27,527 bases of DNA. It comes from Candidatus Firestoneibacteriota bacterium. GTDB taxonomy: Bacteria > Oederibacteriota > D2-FULL-39-29 > JBDRBU01. Numbering within the stretch: the stretch's first letter is position 1; each line of letters opens with the position of its first letter. The notes beneath the pieces are model-generated. The model saw nothing but the letters and a program-made list of their open reading frames with translations. It was not told the DNA's origin and searched no databases. Shown here piece by piece: positions 8,676 through 17,206 of this stretch. Position numbers and translations under genes: made by a program. The DNA lies in NCBI GenBank assembly GCA_043822305.1, contig JBDRBU010000095.1, positions 1 to 27,527 on the forward strand, given 5' to 3'.

Positions 8676-10022
8676 TCACTTAGTTTGGACTTTCTTGTAT
8701 AATTCACAACTTTCTTTAGCGAGTTGAGAAATATTTACAAGATGATACCCTGATACACCTGTTTCAACCTTATCATTTAAAGGTTTGATCCACTTTTCAG
8801 GTAGTTTACTTGCGCCTTTCATCATCCCTATAATTGAACCTACTGTTGCTCCATTACAATCTGTATCGAAACAAGCTTGTACGGCACGGCAGATTGATTT
8901 TTCAAAGTCTCCTTCACCCCACAACAATCCCAAAGCAACTATTTGAGCATTACTTATAGTGTGACACCAATGATGCCTATTATTTTCATCCCATTTTTTA
9001 TGTATACGGCTAATTACTTCTTCAAAATCAATTCCAGCCTCATACCATGAAATAACTTCTTTTATATTATCACTTAATCTACAATTTTTTGGTATCTCCG
9101 TAAGACCAATTTCAATAATTTTTCTTATATCAGAGATAAAAGGTGCTACGGCAATCATGGCCGCAACCCACATCTCACCATATATTCCATTTTTAATATG
9201 ACTTAGACAAGCATCTCTCCAGGCAAATTCAGAAGCAAGTTCAGGATGGCCAAGACAGACATAACCAAAAAGATCTGCTCTGATTTGAGCACCAATCCAT
9301 TCCCGATATGGATTTCTAAAAATCGCAGATTCTGGTGGAAGTATAGACATAACAAAATTTCTGTATGCTACTGTCTCAGCAGTACAAGTATGTAATATTG
9401 GTAAATTTTGCAACCAAAAAGTAGCTACATCATAAGGAGTAAAATCCTTTCCATACTGTTTCATCACGGCCAAACCTATAACAGTGTAATTAATGTCATC
9501 GTCTTCCACCATATACTTAACCTTGTTAATAAAAGGACTGTTCTTATTGATCTTATATTTTTTAATGATTTTCTCGGATACATTTGAATGAAAATAATCA
9601 TTTAAAGGATACTTTTTTAAGTCTTTAAGATATCCCCATATTTCTTTAGATTTCCATCCTTCTACAGGTTTACCAAGTAGACATCCGCTGCATCTACCTA
9701 ACCAGGCACCTAAAATTTTATCGTATAACTCGTTTTCTTTTATTTTTACTTTTAACTTCCTTGAACCTTTTGGCCTTGCTTTCCGGATCCCTTTTAAATC
9801 AGATGGTTCAAAATATTTATAATCAGTAATATCTGGAAGTTTGATTGATTTATCAAGAAAATCATTTAACTTTGATTGATAGGAGAGTTCTTTATCATCT
9901 TTTAAGTTTAGTAATTTATTCATTTCGGATTCTATAGAAGAAATATCTCTTCCTTCATCTACAAGTTGTTGTTTTTCCATTTCTAAATCTTTACAACTTA
10001 AATAAAACCATGGTTTTTTCAT
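8676..10022 (-). CDS. ADP-ribosylglycohydrolase family protein
   Basis: DKILGAWLGR..GC.LGKPVE, EDDDINYT, WIGAQIRAD, SH..NGIYGE, DTDCNGATVGSI. Confidence 0.9.
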   Translation of the reverse strand: MKKPWFYLSCKDLEMEKQQLVDEGRDISSIESEMNKLLNLKDDKELSYQSKLNDFLDKSIKLPDITDYKYFEPSDLKGIRKARPKGSRKLKVKIKENELYDKILGAWLGRCSGCLLGKPVEGWKSKEIWGYLKDLKKYPLNDYFHSNVSEKIIKKYKINKNSPFINKVKYMVEDDDINYTVIGLAVMKQYGKDFTPYDVATFWLQNLPILHTCTAETVAYRNFVMSILPPESAIFRNPYREWIGAQIRADLFGYVCLGHPELASEFAWRDACLSHIKNGIYGEMWVAAMIAVAPFISDIRKIIEIGLTEIPKNCRLSDNIKEVISWYEAGIDFEEVISRIHKKWDENNRHHWCHTISNAQIVALGLLWGEGDFEKSICRAVQACFDTDCNGATVGSIIGMMKGASKLPEKWIKPLNDKVETGVSGYHLVNISQLAKESCELYKKVQTK

Positions 10023-12262
10023 GCTCTTCCCCTCCTCTTACTCCTTTTACTTAAAAGTGAACCTTTCCTGTTTAAAGCAATGGCAATTCCAAGCAAAGAT
10101 ATGCATACTATGGCAATTATGATTCTTGTTTCTATGGAAATATTTTTTATAGCTATAGGAGCGAGTAATATTCCAACCAGATTCATTACTTTTATCATTG
10201 GATTTAATGCCGGGCCTGCTGTATCTTTATATGGGTCGCCAACTGTATCACCTATGACAGATGCTTTATGGCAATCAGTTCCTTTACCACCCAGAAATCC
10301 ATCTTCTATTTTCTTCTTCGCATTATCCCAGAGTCCACCAGTATTGGCCATATAAACGGCAAGTAACTGTCCGGTTAAAATAGCACCGGCTAAATATCCA
10401 CCTAAAGCACCTGCTCCTAATGTAAACGCAACTAATGTAGGCGTGGCTATAGCCAGAATGGCTGGACCAATAAGTTCTCTTTGTGCCGCTGCGGTAACAA
10501 TCTCTACACATTTTCCATATTCAGGTTTTTCTTTCCCTTTCATTATGCCCGGATGTTCTTTAAACTGCTTTCTAACCTCTTGAACTACCAGAAATGCTGC
10601 CCGACCAACTGCCTTTAATGCGAATGATGAAAATAAAAATGGTACGGCACCACCAATTAATAGTCCAATAAATATTTGTGGAAGATTAACTTGAATACCT
10701 ACTTCCACTAATTTTGCTTCATCAATAAATGATCTAAATAGTGATATGGCCGCAATAACCGCCGTGGCTATGGCTAATCCTTTGGTTAATGCTTTAGTCG
10801 TGTTTCCAATAGCATCCATCCGCGAAAGAATTCTACTTACTTTTTTCTCTTTTATACCTGACATTTCAAATATTCCATGTGCATTGTCCGTAATCGGACC
10901 ATATGTATCCATGGCTAAAATAAATCCTGTAGTTGTCAGAAGTCCTAAACCGGTTAAAGCAATACCATATGCGGCTAAGGCCGGATTTTCAAAACCAAAT
11001 ATTATAAGTGAAGAAAGTATGGTGCCACTAATTATAACTATGGCCCAGACAGTAGATTCTAATCCTTCAGCCATACCATTTAAGATCAATGTTGCCGGAC
11101 CTGTTTTTGCGGAAATTGCTGTTTCAGTTACAGGTCTTTTGTCAGGATGAGTAAAGTAATTGGTTAAAACAAGTGTTAGTAATGCCAAAACTATTCCCAT
11201 ACTTGTAGCCAAGAAAAATCTAACATCAGGCAAGTAAAAATAATTAACTATGGCCACTCCTAATATAGATAAAACAGCAGCGGTTACATAACCTGTCGTA
11301 ATCGGTTTCATAGGATCTTTCATTGTTTTATCTGCTTTTACCATCCAGGTTCCAATAATTGAAGAAAACACACCAACGGCACGAACTAAAAGAGGAAATA
11401 TTATAAGTTTTAAAGCAAAAGAAGGTGCATCCTTACCGTAGGTATTTATAAATACCTTATCGGTTAATGTTGCTGATGCCAAAATAATTGCTGCAACTAA
11501 TGTAACTTCGTAAGATTCAAAAACATCAGCAGCCATGCCAGCGCAATCTCCAACATTATCTCCAACATTATCGGCTATAGTCGCGGCATTTCTTGGATCA
11601 TCTTCAGGTATTCCTACTTCTATTTTACCAACCAAATCTGCTCCAACATCGGCTGCTTTTGTATAAATTCCTCCTCCAACACGCATAAATAATGCTGCCA
11701 GGCATCCTCCAAAACCAAATCCAACTAAAACCTTCATCGCATTTTCCCTGAATATTAAGAATATAACTGTAGCACCAAGTAATCCAAAGCCAACAGTAAA
11801 CATTCCAGAAACTGTCCCGGCTTGAAATGCTATTCTTAATGCTTCACTAAAACTCGTTAAGGCAGCATTTGCTGTTCGGACATTTCCCTTTACAGCAACT
11901 GACATACCAACATAACCAGCACCATATGAAGCAAATACACCCGCAAAAAATGCTAGAGCAATACCAAGCGACAAATTAAGATTTCCATTATAGACACTAT
12001 AATAATAAAGCAAGAAAAGACCTAAGGTGATTATTATTACAAACCAAATCATTACCTTCCCCTGTCTCCACAAGTATGACATTGCACCTTCTTCTATAGC
12101 ACTTGCAACTTCTATCATCTTCTTTGAACCAGGACTTTCTCTTATAACCTTAAATACTAAATAAAGTCCATACAGAAGTGCAATAAAAGCGCATAGCAAA
12201 ACAAACCAAATTAATCCCAATTCCAGTCCACCTAATGGTGGTAAAACTATATTTGCTTCCAT
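10019..12262 (-). CDS. hppA: Membrane H+-translocating pyrophosphatase, K+-independent type
   Basis: GGGIYTKAADVGADLVGK.E..IPEDDPRN, DNVGDNVGD, GNTTKA (Lys signature), GDTVGDP.KDT.GP. Start at 12262 follows an AAGGAGGAG RBS. Confidence 0.96.
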   Translation of the reverse strand: MEANIVLPPLGGLELGLIWFVLLCAFIALLYGLYLVFKVIRESPGSKKMIEVASAIEEGAMSYLWRQGKVMIWFVIIITLGLFLLYYYSVYNGNLNLSLGIALAFFAGVFASYGAGYVGMSVAVKGNVRTANAALTSFSEALRIAFQAGTVSGMFTVGFGLLGATVIFLIFRENAMKVLVGFGFGGCLAALFMRVGGGIYTKAADVGADLVGKIEVGIPEDDPRNAATIADNVGDNVGDCAGMAADVFESYEVTLVAAIILASATLTDKVFINTYGKDAPSFALKLIIFPLLVRAVGVFSSIIGTWMVKADKTMKDPMKPITTGYVTAAVLSILGVAIVNYFYLPDVRFFLATSMGIVLALLTLVLTNYFTHPDKRPVTETAISAKTGPATLILNGMAEGLESTVWAIVIISGTILSSLIIFGFENPALAAYGIALTGLGLLTTTGFILAMDTYGPITDNAHGIFEMSGIKEKKVSRILSRMDAIGNTTKALTKGLAIATAVIAAISLFRSFIDEAKLVEVGIQVNLPQIFIGLLIGGAVPFLFSSFALKAVGRAAFLVVQEVRKQFKEHPGIMKGKEKPEYGKCVEIVTAAAQRELIGPAILAIATPTLVAFTLGAGALGGYLAGAILTGQLLAVYMANTGGLWDNAKKKIEDGFLGGKGTDCHKASVIGDTVGDPYKDTAGPALNPMIKVMNLVGILLAPIAIKNISIETRIIIAIVCISLLGIAIALNRKGSLLSKRSKRRGRA

Positions 12263-12273
12263 AATCTCCTCCT

Positions 12274-12298
12274 TAATAGGGACACATCCCATTTTTTA
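12274..12298 (-). repeat. 25-bp palindromic repeat (copy 2)
   Basis: Identical to 1739-1763; abuts the hppA RBS. Confidence 0.85.
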
Positions 12299-12344
12299 AT
12301 TTAATTGAATCATCCACTTTTAGATACCACCCTCACATTTTTGT

Positions 12345-13202
12345 TTACGAAAAACCTGCATTTTCTAATTGTTTTTGTGAGGGATTTATATCTAACTCCT
12401 TTAATGCCAAGTCCAATTGTTCTTTATTTGGAGCAACTCCATGCCATTCAACTTTATCTTCCATAAAACTTACGCCTTTCCCTTTTATAGTGTGTGCAAT
12501 AATCACAGTCGGTTTGCCTTTTGTATCTCTTGCAGATTTAAAACTTCTTAGATGTTCTTCCATGGAATGTCCGTCTATTTCTATTACATTCCAGTTAAAT
12601 GCTCTAAATTTCTCTGGAAGTGGTGCTAATCCTTTAACATCTTCTACTCGCCCGTCTATTTGCAAATTGTTATAATCAACCCAGGCACAAAGATTATCAA
12701 GTTTTCTGTGTGCTGATGTCATTACTGCTTCCCAGACAGAACCTTCTTGAAGTTCTCCATCTCCCATGACAACATAAACTCTTGCGTTACTTTTATCCAA
12801 CCTAAGTCCTAAAGCACATCCATTTGCAACTCCAAGACCTTGTCCCAGAGAGCCTGCCGAAATTTCAACACCAGGAGTTTTTAAACAATGTGGATGTCCT
12901 TGCAATCGGCTATGCAACTTCCTTAAAGTCTTTAATTCTTCCACTGGAAAATAACCAGCCTCGGCTAAAGTTGCATAAAGAACCGGACATGCATGGCCCT
13001 TTGACAAAAATACTCTATCCCTCCCTTCCCACTTTGGATTTTTAGGATCATGCTTTAATTCTGCAAAATATAAACTAACAAAAAATTCAACTGCTGAAAG
13101 AGAACCCCCAGGATGTCCAGACCCAGCAGTTGCTAATGAAATAAGTATATTCCTCCTTATGCTTATTGCTCTTTCTTTTAAAAAATTCAAATCTGGTGTC
13201 AT
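12345..13202 (-). CDS. Transketolase, N-terminal (TPP-binding) subunit of a split transketolase
   Basis: SGHPGGSLS, DRVFLSKGH, LQGHP, GSLGQG, GDGELQEG..WE, HTIKGKG..WHG. Start at 13202 after GGAGG, with ATGA overlap on the pfk stop. Confidence 0.93.
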   Translation of the reverse strand: MTPDLNFLKERAISIRRNILISLATAGSGHPGGSLSAVEFFVSLYFAELKHDPKNPKWEGRDRVFLSKGHACPVLYATLAEAGYFPVEELKTLRKLHSRLQGHPHCLKTPGVEISAGSLGQGLGVANGCALGLRLDKSNARVYVVMGDGELQEGSVWEAVMTSAHRKLDNLCAWVDYNNLQIDGRVEDVKGLAPLPEKFRAFNWNVIEIDGHSMEEHLRSFKSARDTKGKPTVIIAHTIKGKGVSFMEDKVEWHGVAPNKEQLDLALKELDINPSQKQLENAGFS

Positions 13203-14419
13203 AATTTCCTCCAAATTTTTTCTACAAAATGTTTTTCTAACTTAGCATATTCAGGTAATGGATCACCGATTAAAGGTTTAACATAATCTATAAACTTTTG
13301 TGTTACCCAGTTACCTTCGCTATTTATGAAATCTCTTGGAACTTTCTTTTCTTTATTAGCCACCTCTTCAAGTTTTACAATATTTGTCTTACACTTATAT
13401 GTTTTATCTGGTACTCTTTCCAAAATAATCATATAGCCACTCTTTCCTTCACTGGCTAACTTAACTGCAGTTTGACCTACTAGATATGCTTCTTCTACAT
13501 CTACTTTTGAGGCACACATTGAAGAAGCCCTTTGGATTGTTCCTGGCTTATCACATCTTGCTTTTATCTTTAATCCTTCGGCTATTATGCTTACCAAAGT
13601 CTCTCCAACTCCACCTAATTGTTTATGTCCAAATTTATCTGTATCTATACCTCTTTTTGAAGCAGTTAGATATTCGCCATTTTCATCTTTTAAACCTTCA
13701 CAGCAGGTAATTAAAACATATCCTAATTTTTTATAAACCTTATCAACATCATCTAAAAATTTATCTCTGTTAAATGGAATCTCCGGAAGATAAATTAAAT
13801 GAGGCGCACCATCCTCTTTTTCTCTGGCTAAAGCAGTTGAAGCCGTAATCCATCCCGCATTTCTTCCCATTGTTTCTACTATTTTCACTGTATCACTGGT
13901 GTATATTGCCTCAGTATCTAACCCTGCATCTCTAACTGATATGGCCAGCCATCTAGCCACACTTCCATATCCAGGACAATGGTCTGTCATCGGAAGGTCA
14001 TTATCTACTGTTTTAGGAATTCCCATCACACATAATTCATAATTTTTACTTTTTGCAAGATTAAATACTTTATTTGCAGTATCCATTGAATCATTTCCAC
14101 CGGCGATAAAGAAATATCTAATATTATATGCTTTCAATACATTTAAAACCTTTTCATAATCCTCATCTTTTAATTTATATCTAGATGAACCTAAGGCTGA
14201 GGAAGGCGTTTGTTTAAGTAATTCAATGTTCCTTTTACTTTCTTTGTTTAAATCTATGATGTTTTCCTTCATAACTCCAAAAATCCCATTAATTGCACCT
14301 AACATACCTGTTATTTCTTTATGTTTAACTGCTTCTTGTATTGCACCACAAATACTACTGTTTATGACAGCAGTAGGACCTCCTGATTGAGCAAATATAG
14401 CATTTCCTTTTATGGCCAT
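13199..14419 (-). CDS. pfp: 6-phosphofructokinase, PPi-dependent type
   Basis: QSGGPTAVIN, GGNDS (Asp signature), PKTVDND (Lys signature), ETMGRNAGW. Confidence 0.88.
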   Translation of the reverse strand: MAIKGNAIFAQSGGPTAVINSSICGAIQEAVKHKEITGMLGAINGIFGVMKENIIDLNKESKRNIELLKQTPSSALGSSRYKLKDEDYEKVLNVLKAYNIRYFFIAGGNDSMDTANKVFNLAKSKNYELCVMGIPKTVDNDLPMTDHCPGYGSVARWLAISVRDAGLDTEAIYTSDTVKIVETMGRNAGWITASTALAREKEDGAPHLIYLPEIPFNRDKFLDDVDKVYKKLGYVLITCCEGLKDENGEYLTASKRGIDTDKFGHKQLGGVGETLVSIIAEGLKIKARCDKPGTIQRASSMCASKVDVEEAYLVGQTAVKLASEGKSGYMIILERVPDKTYKCKTNIVKLEEVANKEKKVPRDFINSEGNWVTQKFIDYVKPLIGDPLPEYAKLEKHFVEKIWRKL

Positions 14420-14444
14420 TGAGAAACCCCCTTTCCTTGTATTG

Positions 14445-14467
14445 TGCCTGATAAATCAGGCAACTAC
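14445..14467 (-). repeat. GTAG-type REP-like palindrome
   Basis: Minus strand reads GTAGT-TGCCTGAT-TT-ATCAGGCA (perfect 8-bp stem preceded by GTAG). Confidence 0.65.
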
Positions 14468-14472
14468 ATTCC

Positions 14473-15714
14473 CTATTTTAAATGTTTTTGCAAATGTCTG
14501 GAAACAGATTCATAAAATTCTTCTTCAAATATAAATAAAGTTTTATATATCTCTTTTTTAAACTTAGAAAGAAGAGAACCATATGAAATATGTATTAATT
14601 GCCGAATACTTTCATTTAATAAAAGATCCTGTAATTTTTCATCAGATGTTTTGTTTAATTTTGGTATTTGATTTAAATTAGTGCTTATATCATAAAATTT
14701 CTTATTATAATTAAATTTCTTCAAAGCTAATTTATGTAATCTTCTATATAAAGAAGGATTATTTTTAGCAATAACTTTTACCGCTTCTAACCAACTCGTA
14801 CCTGATGTCTTGATATGAAAATTTCCTTTTGTTCCTTTATAAAAGATAGGGTAAATAGAAAATTTATCGCTTCCAGAATGCAAAGAGAGTTTATATCCAA
14901 ATTTTTTAGCAATAGCACTATGTGTTTTTAACTTATCTTCAAACTCATTAGTATCACCTTTGTAATCTATCCCCTTCTCGAATCTTCCCGGAAACCGAAG
15001 AGCTAAACTTTGAAACTTTACTTTTCGTCGTTTAAGTTCTTCTGCTATAAATATATGGTCAAAATAAGATGTAGTTCTAGAAGTTTCATCAACAGATATC
15101 TCTAATTCAAATTCTTTTTTTTCCTTTTTTAAAATATTAAAAATTTTTTCTACCTTTTTTAACATAGAATCAGTATTAATTATTTCATCTGAAAGGTCTA
15201 AAGTAAAAAATGTAAAACCAGCACGAATGGCTCCTTTTAATTCTGAAACAGTCTTTATATGGTCAGCATCAGCACCATAATGTCCTTTGTACCCTTCTTG
15301 AAAAATTCCAAAGACAGCATCAGCAATTACTTTTTTCCATGTTCTACCCGTCTTTTTAAGTTCACGACTGGACTGCTGGGCAAAAATCGGAAAAATATTA
15401 AATTTCTTAACTGCATGAATATGTGCCGGAGTAGTTATGCCTAATCTATCACCAAAACCAAAAGAAGATTTACCTTTTGAAATAGCTGGAAAAAGAGAAG
15501 GAAAAACTTTTTGTAAAAGACTACAACTTTTATAATTCAATGGAAGAATTTTAAAAGTGTTTCTGCCTATTACTAAAAACTTTTTAAAGTCACCCCTCAC
15601 TAAAAAATAAAAAAGATTTCCTTTCTTTCTTAAAGACGGCAAGTAAGGAACATATCTATTTTTAAACTGTTCGCAAAATCTTTTCAGCACTAATTTTTCT
15701 TTAATTTTTTTCAT
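14473..15714 (-). CDS. uxaE: Tagaturonate/fructuronate epimerase UxaE family
   Basis: SFGFGDRLG, PIFAQQS.REL..TGR, YGADADH.K, EISVDET, FEKGIDY.GD, KLSLHSGSDKF, HIKTSGTSWLEA. ATG 15714 preferred over 15744. Confidence 0.9.
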   Translation of the reverse strand: MKKIKEKLVLKRFCEQFKNRYVPYLPSLRKKGNLFYFLVRGDFKKFLVIGRNTFKILPLNYKSCSLLQKVFPSLFPAISKGKSSFGFGDRLGITTPAHIHAVKKFNIFPIFAQQSSRELKKTGRTWKKVIADAVFGIFQEGYKGHYGADADHIKTVSELKGAIRAGFTFFTLDLSDEIINTDSMLKKVEKIFNILKKEKKEFELEISVDETSRTTSYFDHIFIAEELKRRKVKFQSLALRFPGRFEKGIDYKGDTNEFEDKLKTHSAIAKKFGYKLSLHSGSDKFSIYPIFYKGTKGNFHIKTSGTSWLEAVKVIAKNNPSLYRRLHKLALKKFNYNKKFYDISTNLNQIPKLNKTSDEKLQDLLLNESIRQLIHISYGSLLSKFKKEIYKTLFIFEEEFYESVSRHLQKHLK

Positions 15715-16966
15715 ATAATTTATCAATATCCGGGACTTTGCCACTTTTTAATCTAAACAAGACTTCTCCTGCATCCTTAACTACAAGGATTCCTTTATCT
15801 TCTTTATTAATATAGTCTTTTAGTTTAATATGACGATAGTTCATATATCCCAGATTAACTTTTTTACACACCTCTTCAGATATTTTAGTTGCCAGAACTA
15901 CATTAACGCGAGGTTTTTCTATACCATTTTCATATGTTCCTATACCTTTAACATGAGTAGAGTGGGCCAAAGTACAACCGGGAACATTTTTAAACTTATC
16001 CATCTGTTTTAAGAAATAATCTCTTGTATGATAACCTACTTTTTTAATATATTCTCCATGTGTATGAGAAATTTCTTTTATATGTGGTGCGTAAATTATT
16101 AAAGTTCCATTATCTGCTACAACAGGTTCGAGTTTATACATACATTTTCCAGCAGTCCATATATCTTCATACATTAAAGGAGCCATGGATAAAACAGTAT
16201 GAAAACTTTTAGGGACATATTTAATATTAATTTGAGCCGAAAGATCAGCAGCTTTTGACCATGCATTCTCATTACCAATATATATCCCGTATACCTTTTT
16301 ATTTTCACCCACCACATAACAAAATAAAGTTTTAGGAATTTTAATAAAAGAAATAGCTTTGTTAATTGCTTCTCTGACCGGAGTATTTTTTGTGCCATTT
16401 ATTTTAGGATTTGTAATTAAAGCACCTAACCAGTGAAACTTGTGAAGAAATTCCGGACCTGAAATACCCGGGAATAAATATTTATACCCTCCAGAGAATC
16501 CAACTACTTCGTGTGGAAAAACAGGTCCAACTAGGATAAGTTCATCATATCCAAAAATTCTTTTATTGATTGTAACAGGAATATCTTCTTTTAAAAGCCC
16601 ATTTGATATTTTGCTCATCTCTTTTTTAGTAATACTTCCTACATACTGTAATTCTTCTTTTTTATCCCAATGATGTTGAAAAATCTTTACATTTTTGTAT
16701 TCTTCCCTCATTTGCTTCATATTAATTCCTAAATGCTTGCAAATCTTTCCTTTACTTATTGGCAAATGTGTTCCAAGTGCAATAAGAAAATCAAGTTTAG
16801 ATACTACTGGAAGTAATGTTTGAGAGATAGATTTAAAAAACAAATCTATCGGCCCTGAACGAGTAGTATCAGGAATAATTACAAGGACTTTTTTATTATT
16901 AAACTTTTTGTTACTAAGTCCTTCTTTGCATAAATTTATTAATTCATTGTTTGAAAAAGTAGTCAT
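15701..16966 (-). CDS. LarA (lactate racemase) superfamily nickel-pincer racemase/epimerase
   Basis: IIPDTTR, IALGTH, PHEVVGFSGG.K..FPG. Confidence 0.88.
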   Translation of the reverse strand: MTTFSNNELINLCKEGLSNKKFNNKKVLVIIPDTTRSGPIDLFFKSISQTLLPVVSKLDFLIALGTHLPISKGKICKHLGINMKQMREEYKNVKIFQHHWDKKEELQYVGSITKKEMSKISNGLLKEDIPVTINKRIFGYDELILVGPVFPHEVVGFSGGYKYLFPGISGPEFLHKFHWLGALITNPKINGTKNTPVREAINKAISFIKIPKTLFCYVVGENKKVYGIYIGNENAWSKAADLSAQINIKYVPKSFHTVLSMAPLMYEDIWTAGKCMYKLEPVVADNGTLIIYAPHIKEISHTHGEYIKKVGYHTRDYFLKQMDKFKNVPGCTLAHSTHVKGIGTYENGIEKPRVNVVLATKISEEVCKKVNLGYMNYRHIKLKDYINKEDKGILVVKDAGEVLFRLKSGKVPDIDKLYEKN

Positions 16967-17017
16967 AGTTATTTTTTTAAATATTTAGTAATTTAAGCAT
17001 TGACACTGTAATACACT

Positions 17018-17126
17018 CAAAATATCCGCCTTTGGCGGATGTTTTGGTATGAGTTTATATATTTTCATAGGAATTATTGAAATTCCTATGCTTCAAAATA
17101 GAAAAAGAACGACAACTTTCTATTTT
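17018..17126. repeat. Cluster of three hairpins (first is a TCCGCC-TTT-GGCGGA REP-like palindrome)
   Basis: CAAAATATCCGCC/GGCGGATGTTTTG 17018-17046; CATAGGAATT/AATTCCTATG 17066-17090; AAAATAGAAA/TTTCTATTTT 17095-17126. Confidence 0.65.
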
Positions 17127-17164
17127 CTTATCTTTATAAATACTCACTGGTTATGTTATTTTAT

Positions 17165-17188
17165 GTAAGTATTCACTCAACTCCGTTT
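17165..17188 (+). repeat. Left direct repeat of the island (MITE-terminus-like)
   Basis: GTAAGTATTCACTCAACTCCGTTT; 21/24 identical to 24679-24702. Confidence 0.75.
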
Positions 17189-17206
17189 TAGATAACATAT
17201 ATTAAA

